Assembly (NCBI GenBank): GCA_964057225.1
Contig: OZ059895.1
Location: 992,001 to 1,056,000, forward strand
DNA from: Auanema rhodensis
Taxonomy: Eukaryota > Animalia > Nematoda
Length of the DNA stretch: 64,000 nt
Direction: 5' to 3'
Both the position numbers and the translations under genes were made by a program. Below, one piece after another: positions 1-12,285 of this stretch. Numbering within the stretch: position 1 is the stretch's first letter; each line of letters starts with the position of its first letter. A model generated the notes under the pieces. It searched no databases, was not told where the DNA came from, and worked only from the letters and a program-made list of their open reading frames with translations.

Positions 1-3000
1 GAAAAATGGAATCTAAAAACATCTACTTTTTGCTAAATTATTTTGAAATTTTTCGAAGAAATTTTTGTCAAAATGTTTTTGGAAGCAATGTTGAGTGTAC
101 ATGGAAACTCAACATACACTAATGCATCATTTTTCAAACAATCATAACTAATTTGTGTATCAAGCGTTTCTCAATGTAGTATAGTGCATTCGATGCGGAT
201 TTTTAAGCTGCGTCGATCTGTGTTATCAGATTTGCGCTAGCTTAAAAATGCACCGAGATATCAACTGATATAAGTTCATACTTATATCCTCGATTTTCAC
301 CCTGAAGAATTAATTTTTTCGTTGAATAACATTGTCCATCGTCTTTGCCTTAAAAAAAGGAATCTAAAAACATCTACTTTTTGCTAAATTATTTTGAAAT
401 TTTTCGAAAAAATTTTTGTCAAAATGTTTTTGGAAGCAATGTTGAGTGTACATGGAAACTCAACATACACTAATGCATCATTTTTCGAACGATCATAACT
501 AATTTTTGTATTAAGCGTTTCTCAATGTAGTATAGTGCATTCGATGCGGATTTTTAAGCTGCGTCGATCTGTGTTATCAGATTTGCGCTAGCTTAAAAAT
601 GCACCGAGATATCAACTGATATAAGTTCACACTTATATCCTCGATTTTCACCCTGAAGAATTGATTTTTTCGTTGAATAACATTGTCTATCGTCTTTGCC
701 TTGAAAAATGGAATCTAAAAACATCTACTTTTTGCTAAATTATTTTGAAATTTTTCGAAAAAATTTTTGTCAAAATGTTTTTGGAAGCAATGTTGAGTGT
801 ACATGGAAACTCAACATACACTAATGCATCATTTTTCAAACGATCATAACTAATTTTTGTATCAAGCGTTTCTCAATGTAGTAAAGTGCATTCGATGCGG
901 ATTTTTAAGCTGCGTCGATCTGTGTTATCAGATTTGCGCTAGCTTAAAAATGCACCGAGATATCAACTGATATAAGTTCACACTTATATCCTCGATTTTC
1001 ACCCTGAAGAATTAATTTTTTCGTTGAATAACATTGTCCATCGTCTTTGCCTTGAAAAATGGAATCTAAAAACATCTACTTTTTGCTAAATTATTTTGAA
1101 ATTTTTCGAAAAAATTTTTGTCAAAATGTTTTTGGAAGCAATGTTGAGTGTACATGGAAACTCAACATACACTAATGCATCATTTTTCAAACGATCATAA
1201 CTAATTTGTGTATTAAGCGTTTCTCAATGTAGTATAGTGCAATCGATGCGGATTTTTTAGCTGCGTCGATCTGTGTTATCAGATTTGCGCTAGCTTAAAA
1301 ATGCACCGAGATATCAACTGATATAAGTTTACACTTATATCCTCGATTTTCACCCTGAAGAATTGATTTTTTCGTTGAATAACATTGTCTATCGTCTTTG
1401 CCTTGAAAAATGGAATCTAAAAACATCTACTTTTTGCTAAATTATTTTGAAATTTTTCGAAGAAATTTTTGTCAAAATGTTTTTGGAAGCAATGTTGAGT
1501 GTACATGGAAACTCAACATACACTAATGCATCATTTTTCAAACAATCATAACTAATTTGTGTATCAAGCGTTTCTCAATGTAGTATAGTGCATTCGATGC
1601 GGATTTTTAAGCTGCGTCGATCTGTGTTATCAGATTTGCGCTAGCTTAAAAATGCACCGAGATATCAACTGATATAAGTTCACACTTATATCCTCGATTT
1701 TCACCCTGAAGAATTAATTTTTTCGTTGAATAACATTGTCCATCGTCTTTGCCTTGAAAAATGGAATCTAAAAACATCTACTTTTTGCTAAATTATTTTG
1801 AAATTTTTCGAAAAAATTTTTGTCAAAATGTTTTTGGAAGCAATGTTGAGTGTACATGGAAACTCAACATACACTAATGCATCATTTTTCAAACGATCAT
1901 AACTAATTTGTGTATTAAGCGTTTCTCAATGTAGTATAGTGCAATCGATGCGGATTTTTTAGCTGCGTCGATCTGTGTTATCAGATTTGCGCTAGCTTAA
2001 AAATGCACCGAGATATCAACTGATATAAGTTTACACTTATATCCTCGATTTTCACCCTGAAGAATTGATTTTTTCGTTGAATAACATTGTCTATCGTCTT
2101 TGCCGTGAAAAATGGAATCTAAAAACATCTACTTTTTGCTAAATTATTTTGAAATTTTTCGAAGAAATTTTTGTCAAAATGTTTTTGGAAGCAATGTTGA
2201 GTGTACATGGAAACTCAACATACACTAATGCATCATTTTTCAAACAATCATAACTAATTTGTGTATCAAGCGTTTCTCAATGTAGTATAGTGCATTCGAT
2301 GCGGATTTTTAAGCTGCGTCGATCTGTGTTATCAGATTTGCGCTAGCTTAAAAATGCACCGAGATATCAACTGATATAAGTTCACACTTATATCCTCGAT
2401 TTTCACCCTGAAGAATTAATTTTTTCGTTGAATAACATTGTCCATCGTCTTTGCCTTAAAAAAAGGAATCTAAAAACATCTACTTTTTGCTAAATTATTT
2501 TGAAATTTTTCGAAAAAATTTTTGTCAAAATGTTTTTGGAAGCAATGTTGAGTGTACATGGAAACTCAACATACACTAATGCATCATTTTTCAAACGATC
2601 ATAACTAATTTTTGTATTAAGCGTTTCTCAATGTAGTATAGTGCATTCGATGCGGATTTTTAAGCTGCGTCGATCTGTGTTATCAGATTTGCGCTAGCTT
2701 AAAAATGCACCGAGATATCAACTGATATAAGTTCACACTTATATCCTCGATTTTCACCCTGAAGAATTGATTTTTTCGTTGAATAACATTGTCTATCGTC
2801 TTTGCCTTGAAAAATGGAATCTAAAAACATCTACTTTTTGCTAAATTATTTTGAAATTTTTCGAAAAAATTTTTGTCAAAATGTTTTTGGAAGCAATGTT
2901 GAGTGTACATGGAAACTCAACATACACTAATGCATCATTTTTCAAACGATCATAACTAATTTTTGTATTAAGCGTTTCTCAATGTAGTATAGTGCATTCG

Positions 3001-6000
3001 ATGCGGATTTTTAAGCTGCGTCGATCTGTGTTATCAGATTTGCGCTAGCTTAAAAATGCACCGAGATATCAACTGATATAAGTTCACACTTATATCCTCG
3101 ATTTTCACCCTGAAGAATTAATTTTTTCGTTGAATAACATTGTCCATCGTCTTTGCCTTGAAAAATGGAATCTAAAAACATCTACTTTTTGCTAAATTAT
3201 TTTGAAATTTTTCGAAAAAATTTTTGTCAAAATGTTTTTGGAAGCAATGTTGAGTGTACATGGAAACTCAACATACACTAATGCATCATTTTTCAAACGA
3301 TCATAACTAATTTGTGTATTAAGCGTTTCTCAATGTAGTTTAGTGCAATCGATGCGGATTTTTTAGCTGCGTCGATCTGTGTTATCAGATTTGCGCTAGC
3401 TTAAAAATGCACCGAGATATCAACTGATATAAGTTTACACTTATATCCTCGATTTTCACCCTGAAGAATTGATTTTTTCGTTGAATAACATTGTCTATCG
3501 TCTTTGCCTTGAAAAATGGAATCTAAAAACATCTACTTTTTGCTAAATTATTTTGAAATTTTTCGAAGAAATTTTTGTCAAAATGTTTTTGGAAGCAATG
3601 TTGAGTGTACATGGAAACTCAACATACACTAATGCATCATTTTTCAAACAATCATAACTAATTTGTGTATCAAGCGTTTCTCAATGTAGTATAGTGCATT
3701 CGATGCGGATTTTTAAGCTGCGTCGATCTGTGTTATCAGATTTGCGCTAGCTTAAAAATGCACCGAGATATCAACTGATATAAGTTCACACTTATATCCT
3801 CGATTTTCACCCTGAAGAATTAATTTTTTCGTTGAATAACATTGTCCATCGTCTTTGCCTTAAAAAAAGGAATCTAAAAACATCTACTTTTTGCTAAATT
3901 ATTTTGAAATTTTTCGAAAAAATTTTTGTCAAAATGTTTTTGGAAGCAATGTTGAGTGTACATGGAAACTCAACATACACTAATGCATCATTTTTCAAAC
4001 GATCATAACTAATTTTTGTATTAAGCGTTTCTCAATGTAGTATAGTGCATTCGATGCGGATTTTTAAGCTGCGTCGATCTGTGTTATCAGATTTGCGCTA
4101 GCTTAAAAATGCACCGAGATATCAACTGATATAAGTTCACACTTATATCCTCGATTTTCACCCTGAAGAATTGATTTTTTCGTTGAATAACATTGTCTAT
4201 CGTCTTTGCCTTGAAAAATGGAATCTAAAAACATCTACTTTTTGCTAAATTATTTTGAAATTTTTCGAAAAAATTTTTGTCAAAATGTTTTTGGAAGCAA
4301 TGTTGAGTGTACATGGAAACTCAACATACACTAATGCATCATTTTTCAAACGATCATAACTAATTTTTGTATTAAGCGTTTCTCAATGTAGTATAGTGCA
4401 TTCGATGCGGATTTTTAAGCTGCGTCGATCTGTGTTATCAGATTTGCGCTAGCTTAAAAATGCACCGAGATATCAACTGATATAAGTTCACACTTATATC
4501 CTCGATTTTCACCCTGAAGAATTAATTTTTTCGTTGAATAACATTGTCCATCGTCTTTGCCTTGAAAAATGGAATCTAAAAACATCTACTTTTTGCTAAA
4601 TTATTTTGAAATTTTTCGAAAAAATTTTTGTCAAAATGTTTTTGGAAGCAATGTTGAGTGTACATGGAAACTCAACATACACTAATGCATCATTTTTCAA
4701 ACGATCATAACTAATTTGTGTATTAAGCGTTTCTCAATGTAGTTTAGTGCAATCGATGCGGATTTTTTAGCTGCGTCGATCTGTGTTATCAGATTTGCGC
4801 TAGCTTAAAAATGCACCGAGATATCAACTGATATAAGTTTACACTTATATCCTCGATTTTCACCCTGAAGAATTGATTTTTTCGTTGAATAACATTGTCT
4901 ATCGTCTTTGCCTTGAAAAATGGAATCTAAAAACATCTACTTTTTGCTAAATTATTTTGAAATTTTTCGAAGAAATTTTTGTCAAAATGTTTTTGGAAGC
5001 AATGTTGAGTGTACATGGAAACTCAACATACACTAATGCATCATTTTTCAAACAATCATAACTAATTTGTGTATCAAGCGTTTCTCAATGTAGTATAGTG
5101 CATTCGATGCGGATTTTTAAGCTGCGTCGATCTGTGTTATCAGATTTGCGCTAGCTTAAAAATGCACCGAGATATCAACTGATATAAGTTCACACTTATA
5201 TCCTCGATTTTCACCCTGAAGAATTAATTTTTTCGTTGAATAACATTGTCCATCGTCTTTGCCTTAAAAAAAGGAATCTAAAAACATCTACTTTTTGCTA
5301 AATTATTTTGAAATTTTTCGAAAAAATTTTTGTCAAAATGTTTTTGGAAGCAATGTTGAGTGTACATGGAAACTCAACATACACTAATGCATCATTTTTC
5401 AAACGATCATAACTAATTTTTGTATTAAGCGTTTCTCAATGTAGTATAGTGCATTCGATGCGGATTTTTAAGCTGCGTCGATCTGTGTTATCAGATTTGC
5501 GCTAGCTTAAAAATGCACCGAGATATCAACTGATATAAGTTCACACTTATATCCTCGATTTTCACCCTGAAGAATTGATTTTTTCGTTGAATAACATTGT
5601 CTATCGTCTTTGCCTTGAAAAATGGAATCTAAAAACATCTACTTTTTGCTAAATTATTTTGAAATTTTTCGAAAAAATTTTTGTCAAAATGTTTTTGGAA
5701 GCAATGTTGAGTGTACATGGAAACTCAACATACACTAATGCATCATTTTTCAAACGATCATAACTAATTTTTGTATTAAGCGTTTCTCAATGTAGTATAG
5801 TGCATTCGATGCGGATTTTTAAGCTGCGTCGATCTGTGTTATCAGATTTGCGCTAGCTTAAAAATGCACCGAGATATCAACTGATATAAGTTCACACTTA
5901 TATCCTCGATTTTCACCCTGAAGAATTAATTTTTTCGTTGAATAACATTGTCCATCGTCTTTGCCTTGAAAAATGGAATCTAAAAACATCTACTTTTTGC

Positions 6001-7060
6001 TAAATTATTTTGAAATTTTTCGAAAAAATTTTTGTCAAAATGTTTTTGGAAGCAATGTTGAGTGTACATGGAAACTCAACATACACTAATGCATCATTTT
6101 TCAAACGATCATAACTAATTTGTGTATTAAGCGTTTCTCAATGTAGTATAGTGCAATCGATGCGGATTTTTTAGCTGCGTCGATCTGTGTTATCAGATTT
6201 GCGCTAGCTTAAAAATGCACCGAGATATCAACTGATATAAGTTTACACTTATATCCTCGATTTTCACCCTGAAGAATTGATTTTTTCGTTGAATAACATT
6301 GTCTATCGTCTTTGCCTTGAAAAATGGAATCTAAAAACATCTACTTTTTGCTAAATTATTTTGAAATTTTTCGAAGAAATTTTTGTCAAAATGTTTTTGG
6401 AAGCAATGTTGAGTGTACATGGAAACTCAACATACACTAATGCATCATTTTTCAAACAATCATAACTAATTTGTGTATCAAGCGTTTCTCAATGTAGTAT
6501 AGTGCATTCGATGCGGATTTTTAAGCTGCGTCGATCTGTGTTATCAGATTTGCGCTAGCTTAAAAATGCACCGAGATATCAACTGATATAAGTTCACACT
6601 TATATCCTCGATTTTCACCCTGAAGAATTAATTTTTTCGTTGAATAACATTGTCCATCGTCTTTGCCTTAAAAAAAGGAATCTAAAAACATCTACTTTTT
6701 GCTAAATTATTTTGAAATTTTTCGAAAAAATTTTTGTCAAAATGTTTTTGGAAGCAATGTTGAGTGTACATGGAAACTCAACATACACTAATGCATCATT
6801 TTTCAAACGATCATAACTAATTTTTGTATTAAGCGTTTCTCAATGTAGTATAGTGCATTCGATGCGGATTTTTAAGCTGCGTCGATCTGTGTTATCAGAT
6901 TTGCGCTAGCTTAAAAATGCACCGAGATATCAACTGATATAAGTTCACACTTATATCCTCGATTTTCACCCTGAAGAATTGATTTTTTCGTTGAATAACA
7001 TTGTCTATCGTCTTTGCCTTGAAAAATGGAATCTAAAAACATCTACTTTTTGCTAAATTA

Positions 7061-7093
7061 TTTTGAAATTTTTCGAAAAAATTTTTGTCAAAA
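7061..7093. repeat. Dyad H1 (monomer pos 41-73), imperfect A/T-rich inverted repeat
   Basis: TTTTGA..TTTTTCGAAAAA..TCAAAA with a perfect 12-bp central palindrome. The outer AAAAACAT (pos 15-22) is complementary to ATGTTTTT (pos 73-80). Confidence 0.8.
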
Positions 7094-7107
7094 TGTTTTT
7101 GGAAGCA

Positions 7108-7135
7108 ATGTTGAGTGTACATGGAAACTCAACAT
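7108..7135. repeat. Dyad H2 (pos 88-115), perfect 9-bp stem, 10-nt loop
   Basis: ATGTTGAGT-gtacatggaa-ACTCAACAT; the arms are exact reverse complements. Confidence 0.93.
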
Positions 7136-7218
7136 ACACTAATGCATCATTTTTCAAACGATCATAACTAATTTTTGTATTAAGCGTTTCTCAATGTAGT
7201 ATAGTGCATTCGATGCGG

Positions 7219-7269
7219 ATTTTTAAGCTGCGTCGATCTGTGTTATCAGATTTGCGCTAGCTTAAAAAT
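7219..7269. repeat. Dyad H3 (pos 199-249), long interrupted hairpin
   Basis: ATTTTTAAGCT/AGCTTAAAAAT (11 bp perfect) + GCG/CGC + ATCTG/CAGAT around the loop TGTTAT. It is preceded by the mini-hairpin GCAT-tcg-ATGC (pos 186-196); GTGCATT (184-190) can alternatively pair with AATGCAC (247-253). Confidence 0.93.
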
Positions 7270-7273
7270 GCAC

Positions 7274-7312
7274 CGAGATATCAACTGATATAAGTTCACA
7301 CTTATATCCTCG
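7274..7312. repeat. Dyad H4 (pos 254-292), perfect 9-bp stem with 4-nt loop plus outer CGAG/CTCG
   Basis: GATATAAGT-tcac-ACTTATATC (pos 267-288), with an overlapping alternative ATATCA-ac-TGATAT (258-271). Confidence 0.92.
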
Positions 7313-7323
7313 ATTTTCACCCT

Positions 7324-7340
7324 GAAGAATTAATTTTTTC
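7324..7340. repeat. Weak dyad H5 (pos 304-320)
   Basis: GAAG-AATTAATT-TTTTC: an 8-bp palindromic core with imperfect flanks, broken by the A312G variant in left-domain copies. Confidence 0.5.
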
Positions 7341-10179
7341 GTTGAATAACATTGTCCATCGTCTTTGCCTTGAAAAATGGAATCTAAAAACATCTACTTT
7401 TTGCTAAATTATTTTGAAATTTTTCGAAAAAATTTTTGTCAAAATGTTTTTGGAAGCAATGTTGAGTGTACATGGAAACTCAACATACACTAATGCATCA
7501 TTTTTCGAACAATCATAACTAATTTGTGTATTAAGCGTTTCTCAATGTAGTATAGTGCATTCGATGCGGATTTTTAAGCTGCGTCGATCTGTGTTATCAG
7601 ATTTGCGCTAGCTTAAAAATGCACCGAGATATCAACTGATATAAGTTCACACTTATATCCTCGATTTTCACCCTGAAGAATTAATTTTTTCGTTGAATAA
7701 CATTGTCCATCGTCTTTGCCTTGAAAAATGGAATCTAAAAACATCTACTTTTTGCTAAATTATTTTGAAATTTTTCGAAAAAATTTTTGTCAAAATGTTT
7801 TTGGAAGCAATGTTGAGTGTACATGGAAACTCAACATACACTAATGCATCATTTTTCGAACGATCATAACTAATTTTTGTATTAAGCGTTTCTCAATGTA
7901 GTATAGTGCATTCGATGCGGATTTTTAAGCTGCGTCGATCTGTGTTATCAGATTTGCGCTAGCTTAAAAATGCACCGAGATATCAACTGATATAAGTTCA
8001 CACTTATATCCTCGATTTTCACCCTGAAGAATTGATTTTTTCGTTGAATAACATTGTCTATCGTCTTTGCCTTGAAAAATGGAATCTAAAAACATCTACT
8101 TTTTGCTAAATTATTTTGAAATTTTTCGAAAAAATTTTTGTCAAAATGTTTTTGGAAGCAATGTTGAGTGTACATGGAAACTCAACATACACTAATGCAT
8201 CATTTTTCAAACGATCATAACTAATTTTTGTATCAAGCGTTTCTCAATGTAGTAAAGTGCATTCGATGCGGATTTTTAAGCTGCGTCGATCTGTGTTATC
8301 AGATTTGCGCTAGCTTAAAAATGCACCGAGATATCAACTGATATAAGTTCACACTTATATCCTCGATTTTCACCCTGAAGAATTAATTTTTTCGTTGAAT
8401 AACATTGTCCATCGTCTTTGCCTTGAAAAATGGAATCTAAAAACATCTACTTTTTGCTAAATTATTTTGAAATTTTTCGAAAAAATTTTTGTCAAAATGT
8501 TTTTGGAAGCAATGTTGAGTGTACATGGAAACTCAACATACACTAATGCATCATTTTTCAAACGATCATAACTAATTTGTGTATTAAGCGTTTCTCAATG
8601 TAGTATAGTGCAATCGATGCGGATTTTTTAGCTGCGTCGATCTGTGTTATCAGATTTGCGCTAGCTTAAAAATGCACCGAGATATCAACTGATATAAGTT
8701 TACACTTATATCCTCGATTTTCACCCTGAAGAATTGATTTTTTCGTTGAATAACATTGTCTATCGTCTTTGCCTTGAAAAATGGAATCTAAAAACATCTA
8801 CTTTTTGCTAAATTATTTTGAAATTTTTCGAAGAAATTTTTGTCAAAATGTTTTTGGAAGCAATGTTGAGTGTACATGGAAACTCAACATACACTAATGC
8901 ATCATTTTTCAAACAATCATAACTAATTTGTGTATCAAGCGTTTCTCAATGTAGTATAGTGCATTCGATGCGGATTTTTAAGCTGCGTCGATCTGTGTTA
9001 TCAGATTTGCGCTAGCTTAAAAATGCACCGAGATATCAACTGATATAAGTTCACACTTATATCCTCGATTTTCACCCTGAAGAATTAATTTTTTCGTTGA
9101 ATAACATTGTCCATCGTCTTTGCCTTAAAAAAAGGAATCTAAAAACATCTACTTTTTGCTAAATTATTTTGAAATTTTTCGAAAAAATTTTTGTCAAAAT
9201 GTTTTTGGAAGCAATGTTGAGTGTACATGGAAACTCAACATACACTAATGCATCATTTTTCAAACGATCATAACTAATTTTTGTATTAAGCGTTTCTCAA
9301 TGTAGTATAGTGCATTCGATGCGGATTTTTAAGCTGCGTCGATCTGTGTTATCAGATTTGCGCTAGCTTAAAAATGCACCGAGATATCAACTGATATAAG
9401 TTCACACTTATATCCTCGATTTTCACCCTGAAGAATTGATTTTTTCGTTGAATAACATTGTCTATCGTCTTTGCCTTGAAAAATGGAATCTAAAAACATC
9501 TACTTTTTGCTAAATTATTTTGAAATTTTTCGAAAAAATTTTTGTCAAAATGTTTTTGGAAGCAATGTTGAGTGTACATGGAAACTCAACATACACTAAT
9601 GCATCATTTTTCAAACGATCATAACTAATTTTTGTATTAAGCGTTTCTCAATGTAGTATAGTGCATTCGATGCGGATTTTTAAGCTGCGTCGATCTGTGT
9701 TATCAGATTTGCGCTAGCTTAAAAATGCACCGAGATATCAACTGATATAAGTTCACACTTATATCCTCGATTTTCACCCTGAAGAATTAATTTTTTCGTT
9801 GAATAACATTGTCCATCGTCTTTGCCTTGAAAAATGGAATCTAAAAACATCTACTTTTTGCTAAATTATTTTGAAATTTTTCGAAAAAATTTTTGTCAAA
9901 ATGTTTTTGGAAGCAATGTTGAGTGTACATGGAAACTCAACATACACTAATGCATCATTTTTCGAACAATCATAACTAATTTGTGTATTAAGCGTTTCTC
10001 AATGTAGTATAGTGCATTCGATGCGGATTTTTAAGCTGCGTCGATCTGTGTTATCAGATTTGCGCTAGCTTAAAAATGCACCGAGATATCAACTGATATA
10101 AGTTCACACTTATATCCTCGATTTTCACCCTGAAGAATTAATTTTTTCGTTGAATAACATTGTCCATCGTCTTTGCCTT

Positions 10180-12285
10180 GAAAAATGGAATCTAAAAACA
10201 TCTACTTTTTGCTAAATTATTTTGAAATTTTTCGAAAAAATTTTTGTCAAAATGTTTTTGGAAGCAATGTTGAGTGTACATGGAAACTCAACATACACTA
10301 ATGCATCATTTTTCGAACAATCATAACTAATTTGTGTATTAAGCGTTTCTCAATGTAGTATAGTGCATTCGATGCGGATTTTTAAGCTGCGTCGATCTGT
10401 GTTATTAGATTTGCGCTAGCTTAAAAATGCACCGAGATATCAACTGATATAAGTTCACACTTATATCCTCGATTTTCACCCTGAAGAATTAATTTTTTCG
10501 TTGAATAACATTGTCCATCGTCTTTGCCTTGAAAAATGGAATCTAAAAACATCTACTTTTTGCTAAATTATTTTGAAATTTTTCGAAAAAATTTTTGTCA
10601 AAATGTTTTTGGAAGCAATGTTGAGTGTACATGGAAACTCAACATACACTAATGCATCATTTTTCGAACAATCATAACTAATTTGTGTATTAAGCGTTTC
10701 TCAATGTAGTATAGTGCATTCGATGCGGATTTTTAAGCTGCGTCGATCTGTGTTATCAGATTTGCGCTAGCTTAAAAATGCACCGAGATATCAACTGATA
10801 TAAGTTCACACTTATATCCTCGATTTTCACCCTGAAGAATTAATTTTTTCGTTGAATAACATTGTCCATCGTCTTTGCCTTGAAAAATGGAATCTAAAAA
10901 CATCTACTTTTTGCTAAATTATTTTGAAATTTTTCGAAAAAATTTTTGTCAAAATGTTTTTGGAAGCAATGTTGAGTGTACATGGAAACTCAACATACAC
11001 TAATGCATCATTTTTCAAACGATCATAACTAATTTTTGTATTAAGCGTTTCTCAATGTAGTATAGTGCATTCGATGCGGATTTTTAAGCTGCGTCGATCT
11101 GTGTTATCAGATTTGCGCTAGCTTAAAAATGCACCGAGATATCAACTGATATAAGTTCACACTTATATCCTCGATTTTCACCCTGAAGAATTAATTTTTT
11201 CGTTGAATAACATTGTCCATCGTCTTTGCCTTGAAAAATGGAATCTAAAAACATCTACTTTTTGCTAAATTATTTTGAAATTTTTCGAAAAAATTTTTGT
11301 CAAAATGTTTTTGGAAGCAATGTTGAGTGTACATGGAAACTCAACATACACTAATGCATCATTTTTCGAACAATCATAACTAATTTGTGTATTAAGCGTT
11401 TCTCAATGTAGTATAGTGCATTCGATGCGGATTTTTAAGCTGCGTCGATCTGTGTTATTAGATTTGCGCTAGCTTAAAAATGCACCGAGATATCAACTGA
11501 TATAAGTTCACACTTATATCCTCGATTTTCACCCTGAAGAATTAATTTTTTCGTTGAATAACATTGTCCATCGTCTTTGCCTTGAAAAATGGAATCTAAA
11601 AACATCTACTTTTTGCTAAATTATTTTGAAATTTTTCGAAAAAATTTTTGTCAAAATGTTTTTGGAAGCAATGTTGAGTGTACATGGAAACTCAACATAC
11701 ACTAATGCATCATTTTTCGAACAATCATAACTAATTTGTGTATTAAGCGTTTCTCAATGTAGTATAGTGCATTCGATGCGGATTTTTAAGCTGCGTCGAT
11801 CTGTGTTATCAGATTTGCGCTAGCTTAAAAATGCACCGAGATATCAACTGATATAAGTTCACACTTATATCCTCGATTTTCACCCTGAAGAATTAATTTT
11901 TTCGTTGAATAACATTGTCCATCGTCTTTGCCTTGAAAAATGGAATCTAAAAACATCTACTTTTTGCTAAATTATTTTGAAATTTTTCGAAAAAATTTTT
12001 GTCAAAATGTTTTTGGAAGCAATGTTGAGTGTACATGGAAACTCAACATACACTAATGCATCATTTTTCAAACGATCATAACTAATTTTTGTATTAAGCG
12101 TTTCTCAATGTAGTATAGTGCATTCGATGCGGATTTTTAAGCTGCGTCGATCTGTGTTATCAGATTTGCGCTAGCTTAAAAATGCACCGAGATATCAACT
12201 GATATAAGTTCACACTTATATCCTCGATTTTCACCCTGAAGAATTAATTTTTTCGTTGAATAACATTGTCCATCGTCTTTGCCTT
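10180..12285. repeat. 3-monomer tandem duplication (1053 bp x2) in the TCGAACAATC variant block
   Basis: Private GTTATTAGA at ~10406 and ~11459 (1053 apart), with the same order of monomer types. Confidence 0.85.

Larger units (their letters stand above)
2107..7371. repeat. 4-monomer higher-order repeat (1404 bp), ~3.75 copies
   Basis: The CGAAGAA marker (A58G) is in monomers starting 2107, 3511, 4915 and 6319. The GCAATCG/TTTTTTAG/GTTTACAC monomer recurs every 1404 bp. Private GTTTAGTG at ~3340 and ~4744. Related units at 1-1404 and ~7723-9828. Confidence 0.92.
7021..7371 (+). repeat. Representative near-consensus monomer (no. 21)
   Basis: GAAAAATGGAATCTAAAAAC...CATCGTCTTTGCCTT. Hand count 53 G + 57 C of 351 (31% GC) and 12 CpG. 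Single TTCGAA (pos 52), TGTACA (96), ATGCAT (122), GCTAGC (236) and GATATC (257) palindromic hexamers. Confidence 0.97.

Noticed and set aside
7337-7353. CENP-B box-like TTTCGTTGAATAACATT
   Set aside because: It matches the TTCG....A half but lacks the essential CGGG.
7021-7371. Monomer as a dimer of ~175-bp subunits
   Set aside because: There is no convincing similarity between the halves by eye; only short motifs (ATGCA, CGAT, A/T tracts) recur.
7021-7371. tRNA/5S/snRNA tandem gene, or MITE/Helitron-derived unit
   Set aside because: No cloverleaf, Pol III A/B boxes, terminal inverted repeats with target-site duplications, or element ends are visible. A TE origin cannot be excluded without a database search.
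7021-7371. Assignment to known ~340-360-bp insect satellites (Drosophila 1.688, Tribolium TCAST, Pimelia PIM357)
   Set aside because: Only length and AT-richness are similar; I recognise no diagnostic sequence and cannot run a search.
7108-7486. Satellite-encoded hammerhead ribozyme (CTGAAGA at pos 302-308 fits CUGANGA; GAAACTCAACAT can pair with ATGTTGAGT like stem III)
   Set aside because: The cleavage triplet would be GUG rather than NUH, and I cannot form stems I and II around the CUGANGA. An Infernal search with Rfam hammerhead models on a dimer would settle it.
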